From: an uncultured Armatimonadetes bacterium
GTDB taxonomy: Bacteria > Armatimonadota > UBA5829 > DTJY01
Length of the DNA: 64,000 nucleotides
Assembly: GCA_963717145.1 (NCBI GenBank)
Contig: OY970325.1
Location: forward strand, 2,503,949-2,567,948
Reading direction: 5' to 3'
The notes under the pieces were generated by a model that saw only the letters and a program-made list of their open reading frames with translations, had not been told where the DNA came from and ran no database searches. The translations under genes were made by a program, and so were the position numbers. Within the stretch, counting starts at the first letter, position 1, and every line of letters begins with the position of its first letter. This document shows, in pieces, positions 39,702 through 49,256 of this stretch.

Positions 39702-39769
39702 CAAAACAAAACCCCGGAGTCGGAACCCGGGGTTTGTATCTGAATGCCACCATGCAGGTGTCAACTACG

Positions 39770-40873
39770 TCAGTTCTTGAACGGCCGGTCGACGTACACG
39801 GCCTTGTCTATGAACGCCCAGTCCAGGTCGATCGGCTTCAAGACCTTCCAGAGTGTGCTGTTCACGTCCTCTGAACCGACCTCGACTACCGCCGGCTTCT
39901 TGCTAAGCGATCCGTTGGCGATAATCGTCTTGCCGTAGTCCTGCGAGATCATCTGCAGGATTCCGTACAGGGTTCGGTTTCCGCCTCGCATACCCGATCC
40001 CGACGTGACACCCAAGGCGTCGCTCGAGATCGGTCTTGCATCCTTATTCGGGATGAACACGAGCTTCGAGAACGGAGTTTTGCGGAACTGATACGTGACA
40101 AGCAATGTGATCGGCACGGGCTCGCCCTTGGAATTGCTGATCCCCGGGACGGTCAACTGGACCGGACTGTCGCCGAGCACGTTACCGCTCCACATGGGCT
40201 TCCGGTCGCCGCCGGGATACAGGGCATATGTCCCGACTGGGAGCACGTATACCTGGGCCGGAATTCTGTTCGTCACATCGCGGGCAAGCGCCTTATTGTT
40301 GATCGTGAGGATCAACTCATAGTAGCTGCTTCCGGCACAAAACTCAGTCGATGTCACCGAGACCCAGAGGGCATTGCCCAGCCGGGTACGGGACTGCCAG
40401 TCTTCCTTGGAGTCGGATGCGGGGGCGGCCGACAGTTCATCGTCCGGTCTGCCTCCCACGCCACTGACGGACGTTCCTGGGTCCTGACCGCCAAACTGCT
40501 TGAGCACGCCCTGCGGCACGTTCAGCAGCACCATCGCGAGGATGGCGCCGGCACATGCCACCGCGAGTGCTCGGGCGGGCAGCAGTCGCCCGAAGACATA
40601 GTCCCACGTCACGCCGAGGAAGCCCTGCTTGACGGCTCTCTTCTCTTCGTGCTGGAGTCGGGCAGCCCTCATGACCACATCGTGGCGGAAGCTCGAGGGA
40701 GGCTCGACCTCAGGCAGGGTACCGATCACATCCCAGGCGCGACCGAACGACTTGAGGTCGCCCCTGCAGCCGTCGCACTGGTCAATGTGGGCTCGCACTG
40801 TCGCGGTCAACGCGTAGTCAATGCTGCCTTCCAGGTATTCCGAGAATAATTCTTTCGCTCTTTCGCACTTCAT
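39770..40873 (-). CDS. Anti-sigma factor (zf-HC2 N-terminus, TM helix, periplasmic C-terminal domain)
   Basis: Track ORF, 367 aa; MKCERAKELFSEYLEGSIDYALTATVRAHIDQCDGCRGDL; downstream of the ECF sigma gene. Confidence 0.6.
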   Translation of the reverse strand: MKCERAKELFSEYLEGSIDYALTATVRAHIDQCDGCRGDLKSFGRAWDVIGTLPEVEPPSSFRHDVVMRAARLQHEEKRAVKQGFLGVTWDYVFGRLLPARALAVACAGAILAMVLLNVPQGVLKQFGGQDPGTSVSGVGGRPDDELSAAPASDSKEDWQSRTRLGNALWVSVTSTEFCAGSSYYELILTINNKALARDVTNRIPAQVYVLPVGTYALYPGGDRKPMWSGNVLGDSPVQLTVPGISNSKGEPVPITLLVTYQFRKTPFSKLVFIPNKDARPISSDALGVTSGSGMRGGNRTLYGILQMISQDYGKTIIANGSLSKKPAVVEVGSEDVNSTLWKVLKPIDLDWAFIDKAVYVDRPFKN

Positions 40874-41000
40874 GGAAAGTCCTCTCCCTCACCTCATACA
40901 TCGCCAGTCGAATGTGTGGTCAGATCCGGGCTCTGACTCTCCTGATCGGTCCCTTGAGGTGCGGAACTTCCAGGTCCTGATTTTCACTAATTCGACGGCG

Positions 41001-41645
41001 CTATAGGTCGAAAAGTTCCAGTACCGGCCCAAGTTTGTCCCTGAGCGCAAGCCGGGCTCGATTGAGTCTCGACTTGACGGTACCGATTGGCAACCCCATA
41101 ATCTCAGCGATTTCCTCGTAAGACTTCCCTTGTGTATGAAATAAGAGGACCATAGCCCGCTGATAATCGGGGAGTTGCTGGATGACTGACTGGAGCACAT
41201 CTGCGCGCTCCCTTGCTTCCAGCAGCTCTTGCGGGCCTGGCGACGAGTCTTCGATCTGGCGGGTTACCGTGCTTTCGTCCAGATCGATGTACTCGTCCAA
41301 GGGAATATTCATGTGAGCTTTCGACCTTTTCCGTTCGTCAAGGTAGAGGTTAGTGACTACGCGGAAGAGCCATGTTGAGAAGTTTGCATCCCCCCTAAAT
41401 GAATCAATTGCGTGAAAAACCTTGATGAAGGCCTCCCCCGCTATATCGTTTGCGTCGTCGTAGTTTCCGGCGAGACGGTAGGCGAAGTTGTATACCTGTT
41501 TCTCGTACATGCGCACGAGATCGTCAAAGGCAGACAGATCGCCCTGCTTGCACCTTTCGATTATCGCGCATTCGTTTCGACGCACGTTTTTTGCATCACC
41601 ACGCGTCTGCACGATGCCGCTCTCCAGTCCCTCGACCCCGTCCAA
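41001..41645 (-). CDS. ECF-type RNA polymerase sigma factor
   Basis: Track ORF, 214 aa; ...GDLSAFDDLVRMYEKQVYNFAYRLAGNYDDANDIAGEAFIKVFHAIDSF... and region 4 ...SYEEIAEIMGLPIGTVKSRLNRARLALR. Confidence 0.8.
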   Translation of the reverse strand: MDGVEGLESGIVQTRGDAKNVRRNECAIIERCKQGDLSAFDDLVRMYEKQVYNFAYRLAGNYDDANDIAGEAFIKVFHAIDSFRGDANFSTWLFRVVTNLYLDERKRSKAHMNIPLDEYIDLDESTVTRQIEDSSPGPQELLEARERADVLQSVIQQLPDYQRAMVLLFHTQGKSYEEIAEIMGLPIGTVKSRLNRARLALRDKLGPVLELFDL

Positions 41646-42320
41646 AGCTGACCTCGACTACCGACGTTTCGCGGGTCAAGTCGTTACACTAAGCGTTCCC
41701 AATCGGGTTGGCGCTCTATGCATAACGGAATTTCTGCACCGCGATCTCGGATTCCTTCCGCTCACCGAAGCGGGCGGAAAACACTACAGGTCACAGGCTG
41801 CACGACACGGTATAAGGAACCGGCCCCGGTCACTCTCGAACGCACCGTGATTGCCGTCTACGTCCAGTGCATCTCCAACACGGCTTTCTCACGCCACATA
41901 AGGTTCGGATCAGTCGACCAGGTTCGGTCGGCTGAGTTCGGATTCCGATTAAGGAAAGATGCCATCAGGAGTGCATTACAGCTCTTTTATATGGAATCCG
42001 AATCGCCGAACAGATCAGGGCCAGTCCCGAATCGCGGCCGTTTTCAGCAGTCCACTATGACCTTGTGAAGGTACGCTCCCGTTCGCCACGGGTGACAGAT
42101 CGTATGAAGGACTGATATGAAGGTATGATTGCGGGATTTCTCCCACTTCGTATGACGGCGTTACCTGCCGGCAAGGTTCCCAGTGCGTGTCCGGTTTTTT
42201 GGACTTTTCTTCAACCCTGAACGCACCCGTCCCCGTGCCTTGGCTCTCACGCAGCCCGGAGAACCCTCCTATCGTCCGCTTCTATTATATCACTTTTTGC
42301 CGAGCGCGGGCACCCTGAAA

Positions 42321-43787
42321 GTAACAGTTCACGCTTGGGGATAACGAGTTTGATCAGGCAGGGAAGAGGACAGACTTGCCTGCGAGCAGTTGCCTGCATG
42401 ATTCGAGCATGTCCAGACCCCTGACGTGCCATGTGCCAAACAGACTCATGAGCGTCATCTTTGTCTCGGAACCCTTCGCGCTTCGTGTGCCTCCGCATAC
42501 CTTGCGGGCGATCACACACGGCCTCAGCGCTCGTTCTGCGCCATTGTTGTCCGACGGTACTTCCGGGTACTCTACGAACATGAACAACTCGTGCAAGCGA
42601 TCTATGAATCTCTTTGCCAGCGTCTGCTGTGGAGCATCTGAGCCGACATACGGACCTGAGAGCGCCTCTACCTCTTCCTCGAAGAGTACTCGCTTCCACT
42701 TGCGAACCTCCGCCTTCTTGCTCCGGAACTCCTTTGCCCGATCGTAAACACCCTTCACCGCATCCGCCCATGCGATGACGCCCGTGTCGTCCGCGTTCCT
42801 CTCCTTCAGTTTGTGCAGATCCCTGGCCAGATGTGCCCAGCATATCTGGCGGTCTGCAACTACCGGGTTGTATCCGGCATAGCAATCCGTTACCACTACC
42901 CCTTCGTAGTCGCCGCCTATCGTTTCCTTCGGGATCTCTCCACTCCGACTCCGCCGGTAGATGAAGTATCGCACGTTCTTAGTGGAGAAGGTCCAGATGT
43001 ATCCGTTCAGCCCATCCTCTCTCCAGCCCGTCTCGTCTGCGTTTATGTATGGGCTTCCACGTACAAGCGAGAGTAGCCGCTCTTTCTCTTTTTTGCCACA
43101 GTCTGCCACCGTGTGCAATATCTCGCTTATCTCTCCCACAGAGAGCTGAAGACCATACAGAGCCTTCAGCAATCCCTGTATCGTCCGCTTTGTCATGCGA
43201 CCTACCGTCGAAAGATACGATATCAGGCTCATCAGGTTCACGCCTACCCGATGCTTGCCTACAACCTGGCCGGAAAGGTCAACCTTCGGCACATGACTCT
43301 TGCCACAGTATCCGCATCTTCTGGCGATGAACCTGTGCTCGACTACGTCCACAGGCACGATGGGGATGTCGATGACTTGGCGGAGTCTCTTTACCGTGCC
43401 CCCTGTGAGCGCTCGGCCGCAGTCCGGACACTTCGAGTGCGCGTGCTCGACTACACGGGTGGGTGTCTCCCGCCTGCGCACGAACGACTTCTTGCGCTTC
43501 TTTCGTTCAGCTGCCCGGCGCTCTTTGCGGTTCGGCTTCACCCAGTCAGGCACGGATGGGGAACTGCCATCACCGCCGGAAAGCCTGGCGCGAAGGTCTT
43601 CGTTCTCCTTCTCCAGGTCGCCGATACGCGCCACGAGTTGGGGAACTAGACCTTCCAACTGGCTGACCCTGGCCTCAAGCTCCTCGTATGTCGGCTTGGA
43701 TTGCTCGCTCACACTCCTTGGTTCGAGACGCTCCCAGCAGGTTCCTTCTTCTTACAGACAAAATAATCCCTAAGCCTGAACTGTTAC
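42321..43787 (-). mobile_element. IS66-family insertion sequence, copy 1 (1467 bp, single transposase ORF)
   Basis: Imperfect terminal inverted repeats GTAACAGTTCACGCTTGGGGATAA / GTAACAGTTCAGGCTTAGGGATTA (rc) starting with GTAA; flanked by ccctgaaa at 42313-42320 and 43788-43795. Confidence 0.85.
42354..43712 (-). CDS. IS66-family transposase (452 aa, GTG start)
   Basis: Track ORF; N-terminal coiled-coil (EELEARVSQLEGLVPQLVARIGDLEKENEDLRARL), basic region, CxxC...CxxC zinc finger (CPDCGRAL...CGYCGKSH), DDE-type core. Confidence 0.85.
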   Translation of the reverse strand: MSEQSKPTYEELEARVSQLEGLVPQLVARIGDLEKENEDLRARLSGGDGSSPSVPDWVKPNRKERRAAERKKRKKSFVRRRETPTRVVEHAHSKCPDCGRALTGGTVKRLRQVIDIPIVPVDVVEHRFIARRCGYCGKSHVPKVDLSGQVVGKHRVGVNLMSLISYLSTVGRMTKRTIQGLLKALYGLQLSVGEISEILHTVADCGKKEKERLLSLVRGSPYINADETGWREDGLNGYIWTFSTKNVRYFIYRRSRSGEIPKETIGGDYEGVVVTDCYAGYNPVVADRQICWAHLARDLHKLKERNADDTGVIAWADAVKGVYDRAKEFRSKKAEVRKWKRVLFEEEVEALSGPYVGSDAPQQTLAKRFIDRLHELFMFVEYPEVPSDNNGAERALRPCVIARKVCGGTRSAKGSETKMTLMSLFGTWHVRGLDMLESCRQLLAGKSVLFPA

Positions 43788-43795
43788 CCCTGAAA

Positions 43796-45262
43796 GTAAC
43801 AGTTCACGCTTGGGGATAACGAGTTTGATCAGGCAGGGAAGAGGACAGACTTGCCTGCGAGCAGTTGCCTGCATGATTCGAGCATGTCCAGACCCCTGAC
43901 GTGCCATGTGCCAAACAGACTCATGAGCGTCATCTTTGTCTCGGAACCCTTCGCGCTTCGTGTGCCTCCGCATACCTTGCGGGCGATCACACACGGCCTC
44001 AGCGCTCGTTCTGCGCCATTGTTGTCCGACGGTACTTCCGGGTACTCTACGAACATGAACAACTCGTGCAAGCGATCTATGAATCTCTTTGCCAGCGTCT
44101 GCTGTGGAGCATCTGAGCCGACATACGGACCTGAGAGCGCCTCTACCTCTTCCTCGAAGAGTACTCGCTTCCACTTGCGAACCTCCGCCTTCTTGCTCCG
44201 GAACTCCTTTGCCCGATCGTAAACACCCTTCACCGCATCCGCCCATGCGATGACGCCCGTGTCGTCCGCGTTCCTCTCCTTCAGTTTGTGCAGATCCCTG
44301 GCCAGATGTGCCCAGCATATCTGGCGGTCTGCAACTACCGGGTTGTATCCGGCATAGCAATCCGTTACCACTACCCCTTCGTAGTCGCCGCCTATCGTTT
44401 CCTTCGGGATCTCTCCACTCCGACTCCGCCGGTAGATGAAGTAGCGCACGTTCTTAGTGGAGAAGGTCCAGATGTATCCGTTCAGCCCATCCTCTCTCCA
44501 GCCCGTCTCGTCTGCGTTTATGTATGGGCTTCCACGTACAAGCGAGAGTAGCCGCTCTTTCTCTTTTTTGCCACAGTCTGCCACCGTGTGCAATATCTCG
44601 CTTATCTCTCCCACAGAGAGCTGAAGACCATACAGAGCCTTCAGCAATCCCTGTATCGTCCGCTTTGTCATGCGACCTACCGTCGAAAGATACGATATCA
44701 GGCTCATCAGGTTCACGCCTACCCGATGCTTGCCTACAACCTGGCCGGAAAGGTCAACCTTCGGCACATGACTCTTGCCACAGTATCCGCATCTTCTGGC
44801 GATGAACCTGTGCTCGACTACGTCCACAGGCACGATGGGGATGTCGATGACTTGGCGGAGTCTCTTTACCGTGCCCCCTGTGAGCGCTCGGCCGCAGTCC
44901 GGACACTTCGAGTGCGCGTGCTCGACTACACGGGTGGGTGTCTCCCGCCTGCGCACGAACGACTTCTTGCGCTTCTTTCGTTCAGCTGCCCGGCGCTCTT
45001 TGCGGTTCGGCTTCACCCAGTCAGGCACGGATGGGGAACTGCCATCACCGCCGGAAAGCCTGGCGCGAAGGTCTTCGTTCTCCTTCTCCAGGTCGCCGAT
45101 ACGCGCCACGAGTTGGGGAACTAGACCTTCCAACTGGCTGACCCTGGCCTCAAGCTCCTCGTATGTCGGCTTGGATTGCTCGCTCACACTCCTTGGTTCG
45201 AGACGCTCCCAGCAGGTTCCTTCTTCTTACAGACAAAATAATCCCTAAGCCTGAACTGTTAC
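43796..45262 (-). mobile_element. IS66-family insertion sequence, copy 2, head-to-tail with copy 1
   Basis: Same 1467-bp unit offset by 1475 bp; differs from copy 1 by at least one synonymous substitution (copy 1 position 42970, t vs g); followed by ccctgaaa at 45263-45270. Confidence 0.85.
43829..45187 (-). CDS. IS66-family transposase (copy 2)
   Basis: Track ORF, 452 aa, protein identical to copies 1 and 3. Confidence 0.85.
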   Translation of the reverse strand: MSEQSKPTYEELEARVSQLEGLVPQLVARIGDLEKENEDLRARLSGGDGSSPSVPDWVKPNRKERRAAERKKRKKSFVRRRETPTRVVEHAHSKCPDCGRALTGGTVKRLRQVIDIPIVPVDVVEHRFIARRCGYCGKSHVPKVDLSGQVVGKHRVGVNLMSLISYLSTVGRMTKRTIQGLLKALYGLQLSVGEISEILHTVADCGKKEKERLLSLVRGSPYINADETGWREDGLNGYIWTFSTKNVRYFIYRRSRSGEIPKETIGGDYEGVVVTDCYAGYNPVVADRQICWAHLARDLHKLKERNADDTGVIAWADAVKGVYDRAKEFRSKKAEVRKWKRVLFEEEVEALSGPYVGSDAPQQTLAKRFIDRLHELFMFVEYPEVPSDNNGAERALRPCVIARKVCGGTRSAKGSETKMTLMSLFGTWHVRGLDMLESCRQLLAGKSVLFPA

Positions 45263-45300
45263 CCCTGAAAAATACACCGGTTTGTCTGGGGAAGACCGGC

Positions 45301-45335
45301 ATAAGAAAGAAGCCCCCGCCACAGGCGGAGGCTTC
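45301..45335 (-). terminator. Putative intrinsic terminator of the PEP-CTERM gene
   Basis: Minus-strand hairpin gaagcctccgcc-tgt-ggcgggggcttc (one mismatch) followed by tttcttat, 27 nt after the stop. Confidence 0.45.
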
Positions 45336-45361
45336 TCAAGTGCATGCTTCGGACGGTTGGT

Positions 45362-46030
45362 CTACCTTCTACGTCTGATCGCGAAGCCCATCAAGCCGAG
45401 GCCGCTCACAAGAGCAAGCAGGCTCGACGGCTCGGGAACTGCCGTGTAATCATAGGTAACTCGAGCCGAAGAAGAAGCCAGCGTCGAGAACTGCAAGATC
45501 AAGTTCCCTGCGCCGCTCCCAGTCGAAGCGCCAGTTGCGACCGACGGCAGTTCGATAAGCCCTGTTCCGGTGAACAGCGCCTTATCGGCCGCGGACGATG
45601 TGGTCGCGAACTCTGACTTGTCCGCTGACAGGCCTGTGTAGGTCCGTCCGGAAGTACCACCAAAATCGATGTTGCCATCAAATGTGGTGGCATCGTCAGT
45701 AGTGTGGGCAACCGGAATCGTCACGACCAGGTCACTGAGATCCGGGCGCTGGAGCTTCAGAACAGCCGAGAGGTCCATGGTAACCGTAGTCGGCCCGGCG
45801 TCCAGGCTTTCGAACTTCGCTGTTCCTTCTGCGTGGCCGTCCAGATAGAACGTGATGCTGTTCAGAGTACCCAATGCCGGGTTGAACATCTGAAGGAACA
45901 CCGATGACGACCAGTTCGTGCTGGAAAGTGGCTTGGCGTACGGACCATAGGACACTGTAGTTGCTCCTGCGACGGTTGCCAGGAGCCCTACGAGTGCCAA
46001 CACCAATACAACATTCCTCATAGAATTCAT
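45362..46030 (-). CDS. PEP-CTERM sorting-domain secreted protein
   Basis: Track ORF 45362..46318 trimmed to MNSMRNVVLVLALVGLLATVAGA (signal peptide); C-terminus VPEPSSLLALVSGLGLMGFAIRRRR is a canonical PEP-CTERM anchor. Confidence 0.7.
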   Translation of the reverse strand: MNSMRNVVLVLALVGLLATVAGATTVSYGPYAKPLSSTNWSSSVFLQMFNPALGTLNSITFYLDGHAEGTAKFESLDAGPTTVTMDLSAVLKLQRPDLSDLVVTIPVAHTTDDATTFDGNIDFGGTSGRTYTGLSADKSEFATTSSAADKALFTGTGLIELPSVATGASTGSGAGNLILQFSTLASSSARVTYDYTAVPEPSSLLALVSGLGLMGFAIRRRR

Positions 46031-46429
46031 CCCTCCCTTCGAGACTTGTGCCTTGGCGACTGGCACAGTTCGTGATAATAGACCCTGCCTGTCCAAGATC
46101 GCCCGTAATACCTCGCGCCTGGACAGACAGGTGTGCAACGGTCCCGTCACCTCAAGCCTCACAACGGGCCTTTGGGTGACTCGATTCTGGCTAAGGCAGG
46201 ATGCTAGGGCTGGTGTTTCCGAGTCAGAGCGATGTTCCGAGCGCCTGGGGATTGCTCGCCTTTGACATCTCCCTGCCGATACCCACTCGCGGCAGGCGGG
46301 GCATATCGGAATGGTCATTCGCCGCAGTCGCCAAATGCCAATACTTCGCGCTCAGTATAACACAGGCAAACCAGTTGTCAAGCGTTTCGCGGAAAAACCG
46401 GTATTATTGCTGGGTTCCGGGAACGGCAA

Positions 46430-47068
46430 CTAAGGCTCCCAGCCGCCGAAGTTGCGGAGGATGCGGAGGCCGAGGGATCCGCTCTTTTCGGGGTGGAACT
46501 GGGAGGCGAAGATGTTGTCCTTCCAGACCGCGGTGCAGAACTCGATGCCGTGCCTCGCGGTCGCGGCGACGAGGTCCGGGTCCTCCGGGCAGACGTAGAA
46601 CGAGTGGACGTGATACGTCATCCCGCCCACGGGAAAATCTTTGAGCGGCGGCGCGGGCTTGCGAACGATCAACTCGTTCCAGCCCATGTGCGGGACCTTC
46701 AGCGCGTCGGTCTCAGGCGTGCGATCCTCCGGCTGGAAGAATTGCACGACCTTGCCGGGAATCAGGTCGAGCCCCCGGTAGTGGCCGAGTTCGAAGCTCT
46801 CCGTGAAGAGAAGCTGCAGGCCGAGGCAGATGCCCATGAATGGCTTCCCGGCGGCGACGACGGTCTTCACGGCCTCGTCCATGCCGGTCGCGCGCAGGCT
46901 GTCCATCGCCGCTCCGAACGCGCCGACGCCCGGGAGCACGACGCGCTCCGCCCTCGCGACCTCTTCAGGGCTCTGGGTTACGATGGCATCGCAACCGACC
47001 GCGAGGAATGCCTTCTCCACGCTGCGCAGGTTTCCGACGCCGTAGTCGATGATTGTGATCTTAGACAT
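46430..47068 (-). CDS. hisH: Imidazole glycerol phosphate synthase, glutaminase subunit
   Basis: Track ORF, 212 aa; MSKITIIDYGVGNLRSVEKAF..., catalytic Cys in GICLGLQLL, ...FHPEKS.... Confidence 0.9.
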   Translation of the reverse strand: MSKITIIDYGVGNLRSVEKAFLAVGCDAIVTQSPEEVARAERVVLPGVGAFGAAMDSLRATGMDEAVKTVVAAGKPFMGICLGLQLLFTESFELGHYRGLDLIPGKVVQFFQPEDRTPETDALKVPHMGWNELIVRKPAPPLKDFPVGGMTYHVHSFYVCPEDPDLVAATARHGIEFCTAVWKDNIFASQFHPEKSGSLGLRILRNFGGWEP

Positions 47069-47083
47069 TGAACCTCAGTGATC

Positions 47084-47159
47084 GTAGGGAACGGTCGCCG
47101 TCCCGTTCCGCTATGGCGGATGTCTGCGACAACGGAACGGGACGGCGGCCGTTCCCTAC
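47084..47159. repeat. REP-like hairpin, family C (GTAGGGAACGGTCGCCGTCCCGTTCCG ... CGGAACGGGACGGCGGCCGTTCCCTAC)
   Basis: 27-bp stem with one mismatch, 22-nt loop, 5' GTAG; between hisB stop and hisH start. Confidence 0.55.
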
Positions 47160-47193
47160 GTGGTTTTCTCCGTGTCCTCCGTGCCTCCGTGGT

Positions 47194-47781
47194 TCAAAGC
47201 ACGCCCTTAGTCGAAGGCACACCCTTCACGCGATCGGAGAGACGGGTCGCCATCTCGAGGGCGCGGGCGAATGACTTGAATACCGCCTCCGCCGTGTGAT
47301 GCGGATCTTCGCCGGCGAGCTTGCGGATGTGGAGCGTCATGTTCCCGTTCCGCGCGAGCGACTCGAAGAACTCCGAAAACAGGACGGTCTCCATCGCGCC
47401 GACCCGCTCCTGCTCGATATTGACGTCGTAGCAGATGATGCCTCGCCCGCTCAGGTCGATGGCGGTCAGCACAAGCGCCTCATCCATCGGCACGGCGGCC
47501 CACCCGTAGCGCACGAGGCCGGCCTTGTCGCCGAGCGCCTTGTCGATCGCCTTGCCCAGGAGGATGCCGATGTCCTCGACGGTGTGATGCGGGTCGATCT
47601 CGAGATCGCCCTTCGCCTCGATCTTGAGGTCGAAGAGCCCGTGACGGGCGACCGCATCGAGCATGTGATCGAGGAAACCGATCCCGGTGCTGACCTGCGA
47701 CTCGCCGCTTCCGTCGAGGTCGATGCTGATCTTGATCTTCGTCTCTTTGGTCTTGCGCTCTACTTCGGCTGTTCGGGGCAT
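47194..47781 (-). CDS. hisB: Imidazoleglycerol-phosphate dehydratase
   Basis: Track ORF, 195 aa; ...IDPHHTVEDIGILLG... and ...GEDPHHTAEA... motifs. Confidence 0.9.
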   Translation of the reverse strand: MPRTAEVERKTKETKIKISIDLDGSGESQVSTGIGFLDHMLDAVARHGLFDLKIEAKGDLEIDPHHTVEDIGILLGKAIDKALGDKAGLVRYGWAAVPMDEALVLTAIDLSGRGIICYDVNIEQERVGAMETVLFSEFFESLARNGNMTLHIRKLAGEDPHHTAEAVFKSFARALEMATRLSDRVKGVPSTKGVL

Positions 47782-47845
47782 ATCGTGCCTCCACTCAGTT
47801 CAGCGTTCGATGTTAGACGTTCGATGTTCGATGTTCGATTCCGGC

Positions 47846-47922
47846 GTAGGGAACGTGGCGCTGTCCCGTTCCGTTGTCGCCGACATCCAGCATAGCGGAA
47901 CGGGACGGCGACCGTTCCCTAC
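47846..47922. repeat. REP-like hairpin, family C, second copy
   Basis: gtagggaacgtggcgctgtcccgttccg + loop + cggaacgggacggcgaccgttccctac; its right arm overlaps the hisD stop codon (the TAG stop reads, on the minus strand, as part of GTAG). Confidence 0.55.
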
Positions 47923-49199
47923 ATTCTTACCTTCACCGCATTCGCGTGCGCATCGAGCCCCTCGGTCTCCGCGAGTTCGATCGTCGCGGCGGCGTCGGCA
48001 AACAGCGCCTCCTTCGAGTACATCACGACGCTCGACTTCTTCATGAAATCGTCCACATTGAGCGGCGACGAGAACCGCGCGGTGCCACTCGTCGGGAGCA
48101 CGTGGCTCGGCCCGGCAATATAGTCGCCGATCGGCTCGGTCGTGTTGTCGCCCAAGAGGATCGCGCCCGCATGTTTCAGCCTCGGGAGCAGCACGAGCGG
48201 CTCCGCGACCGATACCTCCAGGTGCTCCGGGGCGACTCGATTGGCAATCTCGACCGCCTCATCCATATCTGATACGATCACAATCGCACCGTTGTCGTCA
48301 AGGCTCTTCCGCGCGATCTCCTCACGAGAGAGCGACGCGATCTGCCTCTCGATCTCGGCGTTCACGTCATCGGCAAGCTTCTGCGAAGGCGTCACGAGCA
48401 AGGAGCGCGCATCCGAATCGTGCTCCGCCTGACTCAGCATGTCGGCGGCGACGTGGCGCGGATCTGCGGTATCATCCGCTAATACGAGCACCTCGCTCGG
48501 GCCGGCGAGCATCTCGATGCCGACCTGCCCGTAGACGAACCGCTTAGCCATCGTCACGTAGACGTTCCCCGGGCCGACGATCTTGTCCACTCGCGGGACA
48601 GTTGCGGTCCCGAACGCCAGAGCGGCGACTGCCTGAGCGCCCCCAATCCTGAACACCCTGTCGACGCCTGCCTCGATCGCAGCGGCGGCAGTCGCCGGAT
48701 GGATCGAGCCATCCTTCTGCGGCGGCGTGCAGACGAAGACCTGCTCGACACCCGCAACCTTCGCCGGGACAACCGTCATCAGCAGCGAACTCGGGAGCGG
48801 CGCGAGGAAACCGGGCACGAGCGCGCCGACGCGTTCGACGGGCCGGATGATCTGCCCGAGCATACGACCGGGCTGCTCCGTATCGAGCCAGGACTCTCGG
48901 ATCTGCTTCTTGTGGAACCGCTCGATGTTCTGTTTCGACTTCCGAATCGCTGAGAGGAGCGACTTGGAGACCTGCGCATGTCCTTCCTCGAGCGCCTCGC
49001 GCGTCACCTCGAGTGAGTCCGCTTCCGGCCAGTCGAACTTGCGCGTGTATTCCAGAACTGCTTCATCGCCCCTGGCGCGCACGTCGGCCAGGATGCCCCG
49101 GACGGTCTTCTCGACCTTCGGGTTCTCCTGCAGCAGCGGCTTGTCCAGGATGGCGGCAAGCTCTTCGGGACTACATGTCTGCGTGTTCAGCGTTCGCAT
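47919..49199 (-). CDS. hisD: Histidinol dehydrogenase
   Basis: Track ORF 47919..49235 trimmed to MRTLNTQTCSPEE... (ATG 49197-49199); ...IGGAQAVAALAFGT... and ...SQAEHD... typical of HisD. Confidence 0.9.
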   Translation of the reverse strand: MRTLNTQTCSPEELAAILDKPLLQENPKVEKTVRGILADVRARGDEAVLEYTRKFDWPEADSLEVTREALEEGHAQVSKSLLSAIRKSKQNIERFHKKQIRESWLDTEQPGRMLGQIIRPVERVGALVPGFLAPLPSSLLMTVVPAKVAGVEQVFVCTPPQKDGSIHPATAAAAIEAGVDRVFRIGGAQAVAALAFGTATVPRVDKIVGPGNVYVTMAKRFVYGQVGIEMLAGPSEVLVLADDTADPRHVAADMLSQAEHDSDARSLLVTPSQKLADDVNAEIERQIASLSREEIARKSLDDNGAIVIVSDMDEAVEIANRVAPEHLEVSVAEPLVLLPRLKHAGAILLGDNTTEPIGDYIAGPSHVLPTSGTARFSSPLNVDDFMKKSSVVMYSKEALFADAAATIELAETEGLDAHANAVKVRM

Positions 49200-49256
49200 G
49201 CGCCGATTATACCAGAGGCCCGACGGGCTTAGCAATCATTTGTCCGGAAAAGACGT

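Noticed and set aside
42813-43076. Small ORFs inside the IS66 copies on the non-transposase strand (42376..42747, 42813..43076, 43113..43649 and their equivalents in copies 2 and 3)
   Set aside because: They overlap the transposase antisense and are repeated only because the IS is repeated; canonical IS66 accessory genes would lie upstream on the same strand as the transposase, and none is present.
42321-45262. The tandem IS66 pair as a pure assembly duplication artefact
   Set aside because: Not fully excluded, but the two units differ at one or more positions and copy 3 elsewhere has an independent target duplication, so the element is genuinely multi-copy; confirmation needs spanning reads.
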